The notes: a model not told the origin generated them from the sequence alone. 42,053 nucleotides of DNA from an uncultured Candidatus Peribacteria bacterium (GCA_964406295.1 CAYORB010000003.1:1-42053); one strand, 5' to 3'; counted from the first letter of the stretch, positions 27,636 to 37,538 are shown. Translations and numbers: made by a program.

Positions 27636-30125
27636 ATGATTGGTCTTACCTCCAAACAAGCAAAGAAACTACTTCCCAAATATGGGTACAACGAAACTCC
27701 AAGCAAAAAAAAGTATACCAGTTTAAAAATACTTATTTCACAGTTCACCTCTTTCTTAGTAATAATTCTAATAATTGCAGGAGGTATATCTATAATTCTT
27801 AACGAATTAATAGACGGAATAGCAATACTAGCTATTGTGTTTATTAATGCCAGCATAGGTTTTATTCAAGAATACAAAGCTGAAAATGCTGTAGCAAAAC
27901 TAAAAAAATCACAAATAACTAAATGCATTGTATATCGTGATGAAGAAGAAAAAGAAATACCTGTAAGAGAATTAGTACCAGGAGACATAATCATATTAAA
28001 TGAAGGCGATAAAATCCCAGCAGATGCTGAAATTTTAGAAGCATTTTCACTAAAATTAGATCAATCTATGCTTACAGGAGAAAGTATTGCAGTAAATAAA
28101 ATAGCTGGAAAAGATTTATTATATAAAGAAACAATTATAATTTCCGGTCGTGGTTTAGCCAAAGTAATAGCAACAGGTAAAAAAACAGAATTTGGAAAAA
28201 TTATAAATCTACTTTCACAAGAAGCTGAAACAAAATCCCCTCTTGCAATACAACTAAATGAATTAGGCAAAAAAATTGGAATACTAATTTTAATATTAAT
28301 TTTAGTTTTATTTATACTAGGTTTTATACGTGGCATAGAAACTTTTGAAATGCTAATGACATCAGTTGCCTTGGGAGTCTCCGCCATACCTGAAGGAATG
28401 CCTATAATCGTCACACTCACACTTGCGATGGGAGTTACAATTCTTTCTAAAAAAAATGCCATCGTAAGAAAAATGAATTCAATTGAAACTTTAGGAGCAA
28501 CAACAGTTATCTGTTCAGACAAAACAGGTACACTTACTGTTAACGAAATGACAGTAAAAAAAATATTCACAAATTTTCAAGAAACAAAAATCCCAGGAGT
28601 GGGGTATAAAATAAAAGATAAAATTAAACTAACTTCAGCAAGTCAAAAGTTATTGCTAGAGATTTGTGAAAATTGTAACAATAGTTTTTATGGAAAACAA
28701 ATCCTTGGGGACCCAACTGAAATCGCATTAAAAGTATTAACACGCAAAGCAGGAGATGCCAAAGAATATAAAAAATTAGATGAAAAAGTATTCACTTCAG
28801 AAAGGAAAATGATGAGTACCTTTCATAAAAAAGGAAACAAGAAAATTACATATACAAAAGGGGCCTTTGAAGAAGTTTTAAAACATTGCAGCTTTATAAT
28901 AAAAAATGGTAAAAAAATAAAACTTACGGCAGCAGATAAAAAAAATATTGAAGAAATTGCAATTAAATACGCATCACAAGCATTGAGAGTTTTAGGAATG
29001 GCCTATAAAGAAGATCATTTTGAAGAAAAAAATCTAACATTTGTTGGATTAATAGGAATGATAGACCCACCACGTAAAACTGCACAAGCATCAATCAAAA
29101 CAGCAATCAAAGCTGGAATAGAAGTAAAAATAATCACAGGAGATAACGCTCTAACTGCACAAGCAATCGCAAAAGAAATAGGTATAATTACAGAAAATAT
29201 TATAACTGGAGATGAAATAGATAAACTCTCTGATAAGAAATTACTAGAAATAATACGTAATAATCAAATATTTGCCCGTACCAAACCTGAACACAAATAC
29301 CGCATAGTTGATTTACTACAAAAAGACAAAGAAGTGGTAGCAGTTACAGGAGACGGTGTTAATGATGCACCAGCTTTAAAACACGCCGATGTCGGAGTGG
29401 CTATGGGAATAAAGGGTACAGAAGCCAGTAAAGAAGTTGCAGACATAGTACTCAAAGACGACAAATTTTCTACCATAGTAAACACCATAGAAGAAGGTCG
29501 CCGCATTTATCACAACATTCTAGCCTTCATCAAATATATGCTGTCCGCTAATTTTGACACAATCATGGCGGTAGGCATATTAACATTAATAGGACAACCA
29601 TTACCTATTTTGCCTTTGCAAATACTTTGGATCAACATAGCAACTGATGCACTACCAGCGCTAGCACTCGGAATCTCACCTGCTTCAGAAGGAATCATGA
29701 AAGAAAAACCACATCCAAAAGGAGAAAATATATTTAAAAAATTTCTCAGTTTCATATTAATCGCAGCTTGTATACAAACAATCGCAAACCTAATAGTTTT
29801 TTTCTACGGCATGAATGAAGAAGGTACAAGACTAGCTCGAAGCATGGTTTTCACACAAATTGTTATGTTTGAATTATTTTTTGTTTTTGTCTGCAAAGAA
29901 GAAAAAACACTAACATTCAAATCATTTATTTCAAACAAAACTTTAATTGGAGCAGTAGGAATATCATTTTCACTACAATTGATAATGCTTTATACACCAT
30001 TCATGCAAAGTATTTTTAAAACACTTCCCCTAAATATAACACAATGGGCATTAATAATATTCTGTGCTTCATCAGCCTTCATTATCCCAAAGATTAATCA
30101 AAGTTGGAAAAAACTTATCAATTAA
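27636..30125 (+). CDS. Cation-transporting P-type ATPase (P2A, Ca2+-type)
   Basis: LTGES, PEGMP, CSDKTGTLT, KGAFE, DPPR, TGDN, GDGVNDAPAL, QILWINIATD. Confidence 0.95.
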   Translation: MIGLTSKQAKKLLPKYGYNETPSKKKYTSLKILISQFTSFLVIILIIAGGISIILNELIDGIAILAIVFINASIGFIQEYKAENAVAKLKKSQITKCIVYRDEEEKEIPVRELVPGDIIILNEGDKIPADAEILEAFSLKLDQSMLTGESIAVNKIAGKDLLYKETIIISGRGLAKVIATGKKTEFGKIINLLSQEAETKSPLAIQLNELGKKIGILILILILVLFILGFIRGIETFEMLMTSVALGVSAIPEGMPIIVTLTLAMGVTILSKKNAIVRKMNSIETLGATTVICSDKTGTLTVNEMTVKKIFTNFQETKIPGVGYKIKDKIKLTSASQKLLLEICENCNNSFYGKQILGDPTEIALKVLTRKAGDAKEYKKLDEKVFTSERKMMSTFHKKGNKKITYTKGAFEEVLKHCSFIIKNGKKIKLTAADKKNIEEIAIKYASQALRVLGMAYKEDHFEEKNLTFVGLIGMIDPPRKTAQASIKTAIKAGIEVKIITGDNALTAQAIAKEIGIITENIITGDEIDKLSDKKLLEIIRNNQIFARTKPEHKYRIVDLLQKDKEVVAVTGDGVNDAPALKHADVGVAMGIKGTEASKEVADIVLKDDKFSTIVNTIEEGRRIYHNILAFIKYMLSANFDTIMAVGILTLIGQPLPILPLQILWINIATDALPALALGISPASEGIMKEKPHPKGENIFKKFLSFILIAACIQTIANLIVFFYGMNEEGTRLARSMVFTQIVMFELFFVFVCKEEKTLTFKSFISNKTLIGAVGISFSLQLIMLYTPFMQSIFKTLPLNITQWALIIFCASSAFIIPKINQSWKKLIN

Positions 30126-30139
30126 GTACTATAAAAATA

Positions 30140-30787
30140 ATGCGTTTCGATATTCTCACAATCTTTCCGAAAATTTTCAGCTCATACTTCAATGAGAGCA
30201 TCATAAAACGTGCTCAAGAAGAAAATCTTATAGAAATACATATTCATGACATTCGCCAATTCAGCAAAGATAAACACAAAAAAGTAGACGCCATGCCTTT
30301 TGGTGGTGGAGCAGGCATGCTTATGACTCCTCAACCTTTATATGACGCAATAACATATGTAAAAACATTAAACAATGGACCTGTGGTATACATGACTCCA
30401 CAGGGAAAAACATTCACCCAAGCACGCGCAGAAAGATTTGCAAAAAAAGATCAGGATTTAATATTTCTTTGTGGTCGCTATGAAGGAATAGATCAGAGAA
30501 TTCGTGATAGTTTAATCGATGAAGAAATTTCAATAGGAAACTATGTGCTAACAGGTGGAGAATTGGCAGCAACAATTTTAATAGACAGCATATCCAGATT
30601 AATATCGGGAGTACTTGGAAAAGAAGAATCTCATCTCGAAGACTCATTTTCAAAATCTCTAGGTAGAAAAAAGGAGTATCCACACTACACACGCCCATCA
30701 GAATTCAAAGGAATGAAAGTACCAAACGTATTATTATCTGGTCACCATAAAAATATAGAAATTTGGCGCAAAAAGAATCTTAAATAA
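30140..30787 (+). CDS. trmD: tRNA (guanine37-N1)-methyltransferase
   Basis: MRFDILTIFP, PFGGGAGM, CGRYEGIDQR, SIGNYVLTGGE, EYPHYTRP; ATG 30140. Confidence 0.98.
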   Translation: MRFDILTIFPKIFSSYFNESIIKRAQEENLIEIHIHDIRQFSKDKHKKVDAMPFGGGAGMLMTPQPLYDAITYVKTLNNGPVVYMTPQGKTFTQARAERFAKKDQDLIFLCGRYEGIDQRIRDSLIDEEISIGNYVLTGGELAATILIDSISRLISGVLGKEESHLEDSFSKSLGRKKEYPHYTRPSEFKGMKVPNVLLSGHHKNIEIWRKKNLK

Positions 30788-32496
30788 TGAAACACATCCT
30801 CACACAACTTTTGACATTAATAATAGCAGGCATACCTTTTAGCCTGCTTGTCTCAAATTATTTTCAAAAGATATTTTCAAAATTCAACACTAAATTAGCT
30901 AATATAAACACTGTTTGCACAAAAGTTATTGGCACATTAACAAGAGATGAGATATCTGTTAAAAGTCTTCAATATGATAAATATAAAGTAAAAGTTGATG
31001 AAGAAAGTGACTTTCTTGAATTTTATAATCAAGAAACAAAAAAAACTATAAAAATAGAGCAGCGTGAGTTGAAAAAAGATGAAACGGTAAATTTCATGGC
31101 AATTTGTGCAACTCTTTGTCATTACGAAAAAATGAGAAACATAGAAACTGTTATGTCTCACTTCTTCCAGTTTTGCAATATTAGTAGTTCACAAATAGAA
31201 CATGAATACAAAATAATCGATGAAATTCCCTGCAGAAAAAACAAAAAAATCTCAACTGTTGTAACAATCAAAAATACAACTCAAGAGATATTTTCATTCA
31301 GCAAAGGTAATCCTAAAGCTATTTTGGAAAAATGCAGCCGCATGTTAGTGAGTGGCAATAAAATAGAAATAGACTATCAACTACGTCGCAAATTAAAACG
31401 TCAGATAAAAAGTCTCAACAAAAGAGGTGAAAAAGTAATAGCATTTGCATACAAAGGACTTCCACTAAAAAGATACGATAAATACACAGAAAGCTTTGCA
31501 GAAAAAGACATGGTACTAGTTGGAATAGTAGGATTAGGCAATTTCATAGACAAAGAACTGTCTAAACAAATAAGTGAACTTAAAAATGCAGGAGTTAAAA
31601 TTCGACTTCTCGCAAAAACCCGTGCCCGTAAAGCAATAGCTGTGGGGCAAGAATTGGGCATTGTTAACCCTCAATATTTTGAATCAATAGAAAAAGATGA
31701 ACTTGAAGATCTTAGTGATGAAAAACTTGCAAAAATGTTAGCAAACAAAGAAAAAGACTATGTTTTCTCTGAATTAAGGGAAGATGACCACAACCGTATA
31801 GTCAACATTTTAAAAAATAAAGGTGAAAATGTAATAATAGCCAACAAACGAGAGGGGTTTAGTATTAAAACAATTTTAGAACGTATACAAAAAGGTCGCC
31901 AAATAAATGCTAATACTAAAAAAATCTATTCTCATGCCTTAGTATGCAAAATAACAGAAGTGATCATGATTATTACAGCTATAGTAGTACGTGCACCACT
32001 TCCACTTTCTATTGGTTTGATCATAACAATAGATTTGATTATTAATTTGCCTTTAGAGCTAGCACTTAAACATGAACCGGAAAACAATTCCAAAGATATT
32101 AATCATACAAAATTAATAACAATTGGAGTTATCACTGGCATTATAATAAGCGGAGTATACATCTGGAGTCTCACACGTTTTGGTTGGTATCCTGGAGAAA
32201 ATATAACAGTACAAAGCGAAGCTTTTGCACAATCTGCAAGTATAGCATTCATATTATTAATTATATTTCAATTAACCAATGCCTACAAAATCCGTAGACA
32301 AAAAAATATTATTTCAAATCCATACTTACCAATCGTTAGCATAGTTGTCCTTCTTTTAACCTACAGCATGCCTAAATTCAATATTCTAAACTTAGGACCA
32401 ATCAAAAACACAATAGATTTCATCATCATACTTTTTATAATAGTTTTAGTACTTATTTTAGACAAAGCAAGTATTAAATTTCTAAAAAATAAATAA
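30787..32496 (+). CDS. Degenerate P-type ATPase homolog (lacks phosphorylation Asp, A domain and M1-M3)
   Basis: Collinear with P2 ATPases from M4 onward (SKGNP, VIAFAYK, AGVKI, GRQI, PLPL), but DKTGT is KVIGT, TGD is AKT and GDGVND is absent. Confidence 0.8.
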   Translation: MKHILTQLLTLIIAGIPFSLLVSNYFQKIFSKFNTKLANINTVCTKVIGTLTRDEISVKSLQYDKYKVKVDEESDFLEFYNQETKKTIKIEQRELKKDETVNFMAICATLCHYEKMRNIETVMSHFFQFCNISSSQIEHEYKIIDEIPCRKNKKISTVVTIKNTTQEIFSFSKGNPKAILEKCSRMLVSGNKIEIDYQLRRKLKRQIKSLNKRGEKVIAFAYKGLPLKRYDKYTESFAEKDMVLVGIVGLGNFIDKELSKQISELKNAGVKIRLLAKTRARKAIAVGQELGIVNPQYFESIEKDELEDLSDEKLAKMLANKEKDYVFSELREDDHNRIVNILKNKGENVIIANKREGFSIKTILERIQKGRQINANTKKIYSHALVCKITEVIMIITAIVVRAPLPLSIGLIITIDLIINLPLELALKHEPENNSKDINHTKLITIGVITGIIISGVYIWSLTRFGWYPGENITVQSEAFAQSASIAFILLIIFQLTNAYKIRRQKNIISNPYLPIVSIVVLLLTYSMPKFNILNLGPIKNTIDFIIILFIIVLVLILDKASIKFLKNK

Positions 32497-32744
32497 TGGA
32501 GATTCCAAGAAACAACGATTATCTCCGAATAAAGGTAATACCAAAAAGTCCAAAAAATGAAATTACAGAAATTATGGATGATGATACAATCAAAATCCGA
32601 ATAAAAGCTGTACCAGAAAAAGGAAAAGCAAACGCAGAATTAATCAAGTTTCTCAGCAAAGAACTAGAATTAGAAAAATCAAGAATATCAATAATAAGCG
32701 GAAAAACCGAACAATTGAAATTAATCAAATTAAAATGGACCTAA
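32496..32744 (+). CDS. DUF167/UPF0235 (YggU-like) protein
   Basis: IKVIPKS, AVPEKGKANAELIKFL, ISIISG. Confidence 0.9.
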   Translation: MEIPRNNDYLRIKVIPKSPKNEITEIMDDDTIKIRIKAVPEKGKANAELIKFLSKELELEKSRISIISGKTEQLKLIKLKWT

Positions 32745-33505
32745 CTGATCTACAAACAATAAAAAAATTATTAGCAGAACATAATCAAACAGCCAAAAAA
32801 TGGATGGGACAGAATTTTCTAATAAGCAGAAACGCATTAGACAAAATCCTAGAAGCAGCCAATATTCAAAAATCTGATCAAATCATAGAAGTCGGACCAG
32901 GACTTGGAGTGCTCACAAAAGAGCTAATCGAAAAATCAGATAATGTAACAAGCATTGAACTCGATTCAACCATAATACCAATATTAAAGAAAGTCATCCC
33001 CGGGAATGAACTCAAAATACTTCATCAAGACGCACTGAGATTTGAACCGCCAACAACTCCATACAAAGTTGTAGCAAATATCCCCTACAACATAACATCT
33101 CCATTGATTAATCATTTCTTGCAGGCAGAAAACCCTCCGACATCCCTCACTTTGCTCGTACAAAAAGAGGTAGCTGAAAAAATATGCAAAATCAATCCTG
33201 ATATGACAATACTTTCAATGCAAGTACATCTCTTCGGAGACGCTGAATACATAGAAACAGTAACATCTAATTGCTTCCACCCTGCACCAAAAGTCGATTC
33301 TGCCATTCTGCATATAAAATCAAACCAAAAAACAAGGCGCGAAAACGCCCTAGCAATTTTAAAACTAGCCAAGCGCGCCTTCCGCGGCCGACGCAAAAAA
33401 CTTTCAAACACACTCGCAGATCTAAAAGAAAAACTCATAGAACTAAATCTGCAAGACAAAAGACCACAGCATTTAAGTATTAAGGATTGGGGGAAGTTGA
33501 TTTAA
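32735..33505 (+). CDS. rsmA: 16S rRNA adenine dimethyltransferase KsgA
   Basis: GQNFL, EVGPGLG, VANIPYNI, QKEVA, PAPKVDS. Confidence 0.96.
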   Translation: MDLTDLQTIKKLLAEHNQTAKKWMGQNFLISRNALDKILEAANIQKSDQIIEVGPGLGVLTKELIEKSDNVTSIELDSTIIPILKKVIPGNELKILHQDALRFEPPTTPYKVVANIPYNITSPLINHFLQAENPPTSLTLLVQKEVAEKICKINPDMTILSMQVHLFGDAEYIETVTSNCFHPAPKVDSAILHIKSNQKTRRENALAILKLAKRAFRGRRKKLSNTLADLKEKLIELNLQDKRPQHLSIKDWGKLI

Positions 33506-33534
33506 ATCACATTTTAATATAAATTGAAAACACT

Positions 33535-34455
33535 ATGACAGATCTTTCAGTAAAATTTTGCGACGTTCGCTTTGAGAATCCAACAGTATTGGCTTCAGGT
33601 GTTTTAGGTGTAACTGCCAGTTGTTTACGCAATGTCGTAAATAATGGAGCTGGTGGTGTAACCACTAAATCTATTTGGTTGGAAGAACATGCTGGACATA
33701 AAAACCCAACTATGTTTGGAACTGAGCATTATTTTATGAACGCAGTTGGTTTATCAGATGGTGGAATGGATAAAGCTATGGCTGAAACTTTTCCTGAGTA
33801 TCTAGAAAATAAACCAGCACCAATTATCGGAAATGTGATTGCGAAAAATATTCATGATTTCGCTGAAGTAGTTGAAAAAATGACTAAATGCAATCCAGAT
33901 ATTATTGAAGTAAATATTTCTTGTCCTAATGTTGATGATAAGTATGGTAAACCTTTTTCATGTAGTGTTGCAGGAGCAGCAGAGGTAACTAAAGCTGTAA
34001 GAAGTTGTACTGATAAACCTTTGATTATAAAACTTACTCCAAATGTTCCAAATATTGGCGAAATTGCAAAAGCTTGTCAATCTGAAGGTGCAGATGGATT
34101 TACTTTAATTAATACTCTTTCAGGACTGGCTATTGATATAGATATGCGCAGACCTATTTTAACTAATAAATTTGGTGGAGTATCTGGTCCAGGTATTAAA
34201 CCCGTGGCAATAAAATGTGTATACGAAGTTAGCAAAGCAACTGGATTGCCTATTGTAGGAACTGGTGGAATAACTAATGGAAGAGATGCTATCGAAATGA
34301 TGATGGCTGGGGCGACTTTGGTTGGTATGGGAACTATGGTTTATTATCGTGGAGTTGAAGGGTTTGGAAAAGTTGTAGAAGAAATGAAAGAATGGTGTGA
34401 AAAGAACGGAGTTCAACATTTAGATGAAATTATTGGTGTAGCCCATAATGCTTAA
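33535..34455 (+). CDS. pyrD: Dihydroorotate dehydrogenase family 1B, catalytic subunit
   Basis: LASG, TTKS, NAVGL, EVNISCPN, KLTPN, GGVSGPGIKP. Confidence 0.96.
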   Translation: MTDLSVKFCDVRFENPTVLASGVLGVTASCLRNVVNNGAGGVTTKSIWLEEHAGHKNPTMFGTEHYFMNAVGLSDGGMDKAMAETFPEYLENKPAPIIGNVIAKNIHDFAEVVEKMTKCNPDIIEVNISCPNVDDKYGKPFSCSVAGAAEVTKAVRSCTDKPLIIKLTPNVPNIGEIAKACQSEGADGFTLINTLSGLAIDIDMRRPILTNKFGGVSGPGIKPVAIKCVYEVSKATGLPIVGTGGITNGRDAIEMMMAGATLVGMGTMVYYRGVEGFGKVVEEMKEWCEKNGVQHLDEIIGVAHNA

Positions 34456-34458
34456 AAA

Positions 34459-35271
34459 ATGGATATTAAAAAATTTGATTCAAGGTTTCAAGCTCTTGAA
34501 ATAAAGGAAATTGTGGAAGAAAGTGATAGTGTTAGAACTTTCATTTTTGACTACCCACTTGGTTCTAAACCAGGTCAATTTGTGATGTTATGGATCCCCG
34601 GGGTTGATGAAAAACCTTTTTCTGTTGCCTGGGATGATGGAAAAGAATTTTGGCTAACCATTTGTAAAGTTGGCCCAGCTACTGAGGAATTATTCAAACT
34701 TGGAGTAGGAGATAAAGTCGGTATAAGAGGACCTCTTGGTACGGCTTATAAATGGAAGAAAGGTGAACATTTAGCTGTTGTGTCAGGTGGATATGGCGCA
34801 GCTCCTATGTATTTTGTTACAAGAAAAGCTATAGAAGACGGGTGCAAAGTAGAATTTTTGACAGGTGCGCGAAATAAGGATTTATTACTTTTTGAAGAAA
34901 GAGTTGAAAGCATGGACGGAGTAAATCTTCATGTCTCTACTGATGATGGAAGTAAAGGACACAAAGGATATGTCACACAAGTTTTAGATAAAGTTTTAAC
35001 TGATAAGTCTGTAGATAAAGTTTTCAGTTGTGGACCAGAATTAATGATGAAAGCCGCTTGCGAAGTCGCTGATAAACACGATGTAGATTCTTGGATGTCT
35101 ATGGAAAAATATATGAAATGTGGAATCGGAGTTTGTGGTCAATGCGCTGTAGACGATAGTGGTGACCTTATTTGTCAAAAAGGACCTGTTATGGCCTATG
35201 ATTATGTAAAAGGATTGCCTGAACTTGGAAAATATCATAGAGACGCACAGGGAAAGAAACATTATATGTAA
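34459..35271 (+). CDS. pyrK: Dihydroorotate dehydrogenase electron-transfer subunit
   Basis: PGQFVM, KPFS, RGPLG, SCGP, MKCGIGVCGQC...C 2Fe-2S motif. Confidence 0.95.
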   Translation: MDIKKFDSRFQALEIKEIVEESDSVRTFIFDYPLGSKPGQFVMLWIPGVDEKPFSVAWDDGKEFWLTICKVGPATEELFKLGVGDKVGIRGPLGTAYKWKKGEHLAVVSGGYGAAPMYFVTRKAIEDGCKVEFLTGARNKDLLLFEERVESMDGVNLHVSTDDGSKGHKGYVTQVLDKVLTDKSVDKVFSCGPELMMKAACEVADKHDVDSWMSMEKYMKCGIGVCGQCAVDDSGDLICQKGPVMAYDYVKGLPELGKYHRDAQGKKHYM

Positions 35272-35292
35272 TGTAATTTAAATAAATATATT

Positions 35293-35937
35293 ATGAGTGT
35301 TGCAAAAAATATTGCAGAAAATCTTTTGAAACGTGAAGCTGTAAAGGTTTCTGTTGAACCTCCTTTTACTTGGACTAGTGGAATTAAAAGCCCGATCTAT
35401 TGTGATAACAGAAAAATGATTTCCTTTGTTGAAGAAAGAAAAGCCGTAGTTGATGCTTTTAAAGCAATGATTAAAGAGAAAGGACTGACTTTTGACGTAA
35501 TTGGAGGAACTGCTACAGCAGCTATTCCTTGGGCTGCATTTTTAGCTCACGAATTAGATGTGCCTATGGTATATATTCGTCCAAAAAAGAAAGAACATGG
35601 TGCTGGAAAACAAATTGAAGGAGCTCTTGAACCTGGTAAAAAAGTACTTATTGTTGAGGATTTAATTTCTACTGGTGGATCTAGTGTAAAAGCAGCTGAG
35701 GCTGTACGTGAGGAAGGACAATGTATAGTTGAAGATATTTTAGCGATTGTAACTTGGGATTTTGATAAATCAAAAACAGCTTTTGCTGAAGGAAATTTAA
35801 ATATGCACACGTTAACTGATTTTGCACACATTGTAACTTCAGCCGGTGAAATCGGAAGCATTACAGCTGAACAACAAGAAACAGTACTTGGTTTCGCTTC
35901 TGATCCAGCTGGATGGGGAGAAAAAATGGGACTTTAA
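35293..35937 (+). CDS. pyrE: Orotate phosphoribosyltransferase
   Basis: FTWTSGIKSPIYCDNR, KEHG, PRPP motif VEDLISTGGS. Confidence 0.97.
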   Translation: MSVAKNIAENLLKREAVKVSVEPPFTWTSGIKSPIYCDNRKMISFVEERKAVVDAFKAMIKEKGLTFDVIGGTATAAIPWAAFLAHELDVPMVYIRPKKKEHGAGKQIEGALEPGKKVLIVEDLISTGGSSVKAAEAVREEGQCIVEDILAIVTWDFDKSKTAFAEGNLNMHTLTDFAHIVTSAGEIGSITAEQQETVLGFASDPAGWGEKMGL

Positions 35938-35976
35938 ACTACAAACCTAACTGAAAATATTTAAATTTTTATTAAC

Positions 35977-36924
35977 ATGGCTAAGAATTTTGCAGATAAG
36001 TTAATCGATGCGATTAAAAAGAAAGGGAATCCTATTTGCGTAGGTCTAGATCCACGCTTAAATCAAATTCCTGAATTTATTTTAGGAAAAATTCAGAAAA
36101 ACACAGATCTTAGCCCCACAGAGATGGCAGCTGAAGCTATCATTGAGTTTAATAAAGGAATTTTAGATGCTGTTGCTGATCTTGTTCCTGTGGTAAAACC
36201 ACAAATCGCCTTCTATGAAATTTATGGAGCTGATGGTATACGTGCATATCAGGAAACTTTAAAATATGCGAAAGAAAAAGGTGTTTTGACTATTGCTGAT
36301 GCAAAACGAAACGACATTGGATCAACTGCAGCAGCCTATGCTAGGAGTTTTCTTGGTGAAGTTGAAATATTTGAAGGAAGTGAAAACGAAGTGGTTACTC
36401 CAATTTTTGATGCAGATTCTTTAACAGTAAATGCTTATCTTGGTTGGGATGGTGTGAAACCTTTTGCTGAGGAATGTGATAAATATGACAGAGGACTTTT
36501 TGTTTTAGTCAAAACTTCAAATAAAAGCAGTGGTGATTTACAGGATCTGCAAATGGCAGACGGTAGATCTGTTTACGAAATAATGGGACATTATGTAGAT
36601 AGCTGGGGTGCTGATTATATAGGTGAAAGCGGATACAGCTTTCTTGGTGCAGTAGTTGGTGCAACTTATCCAGAAGAAGCTAAAAAATTACGTAGAATTA
36701 TGCCAAATTCAATTTTCTTGGTTCCAGGATATGGTGCTCAAGGTGGTGGAGCAGCAGATGTTAAACCATGTTTTAATGAAGATGGTCTTGGAGCAATTGT
36801 AAATTCTTCACGTGGAATCATTTTTGCATACGAGAAAATGGAAGATTTCAGACCTGCAGCCTACGCTGAAGCAGCAAGAGCAGCCGTAATGGAAATGCAA
36901 AATGACCTAGATAGTATTTTCTAG
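35977..36924 (+). CDS. pyrF: Orotidine-5'-phosphate decarboxylase (long type)
   Basis: CVGLDP, KPQIAFYE, DAKRNDIGST, VVGAT, PGYGAQGG, NSSR. Confidence 0.96.
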   Translation: MAKNFADKLIDAIKKKGNPICVGLDPRLNQIPEFILGKIQKNTDLSPTEMAAEAIIEFNKGILDAVADLVPVVKPQIAFYEIYGADGIRAYQETLKYAKEKGVLTIADAKRNDIGSTAAAYARSFLGEVEIFEGSENEVVTPIFDADSLTVNAYLGWDGVKPFAEECDKYDRGLFVLVKTSNKSSGDLQDLQMADGRSVYEIMGHYVDSWGADYIGESGYSFLGAVVGATYPEEAKKLRRIMPNSIFLVPGYGAQGGGAADVKPCFNEDGLGAIVNSSRGIIFAYEKMEDFRPAAYAEAARAAVMEMQNDLDSIF

Positions 36925-37415
36925 TCCTCTATCTGCAAATTAACAACATCAATTAGACGGTTATGTACTAGAACAAGGTTTTCTCCATAACTATCTATTT
37001 TTTCAAAATATGGCTCAGCTTCAGCAAGTACAAATCCATTGAGCTTAAGCATATCAACAAACTCACCAGCATAAGCTAAGTAAGCATCAACTTCTGCCTT
37101 GTAAAAGTCATTATATCCAATAATAAAAACATTCTGATCTTCAGTAAATTTAGCAGATTCAAAATAATTATCCAATTCAGAAGCAACAAAAACAAAATTC
37201 TCATAATAACTAACTAATTCATCAATGTCATCCCCCTCCTCTATGGCATAATATTGATCATAAAAAGCTTCCTCCGCCACAATAAGAGCATCCATACGGT
37301 TTACAAGACCGTTATGTACAGCCGTAGAATCAACAAAAAGATTATCACATCCGCCCAATGAAAAAACAAAAATAGAAAGCGAAACAAGAATCAAAAATGT
37401 AAATATTTTTTTCAT
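36921..37415 (-). CDS. Hypothetical acidic lipoprotein
   Basis: MKK + hydrophobic stretch + lipobox LGGC; fills the pyrF-pyrB gap; stop codon overlaps the pyrF stop (CTAG). Confidence 0.75.
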   Translation of the reverse strand: MKKIFTFLILVSLSIFVFSLGGCDNLFVDSTAVHNGLVNRMDALIVAEEAFYDQYYAIEEGDDIDELVSYYENFVFVASELDNYFESAKFTEDQNVFIIGYNDFYKAEVDAYLAYAGEFVDMLKLNGFVLAEAEPYFEKIDSYGENLVLVHNRLIDVVNLQIED

Positions 37416-37481
37416 AACTTTAAAGTAAGCAAACCTAAAAACAACATTAACCTTTTTTCAAATAAATTCAAGAAGAAGAAA

Positions 37482-37528
37482 TTGACTTAATACAGCTTAT
37501 CTTGATAATCTCACTATCAGCAAGATAA
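37482..37528 (+). promoter_or_regulatory. Putative pyrB promoter with overlapping inverted repeat
   Basis: TTGACT at 37482; -10 is GATAAT or TAATCT; TTATCTTG(37497)...CAAGATAA(37521). Confidence 0.45.
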
Positions 37529-37538
37529 AAAAAAAAAC

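Noticed and set aside
33470-33534. Replication origin at the skew flip
   Set aside because: No DnaA-box matches seen and the spacer is only 29 nt.
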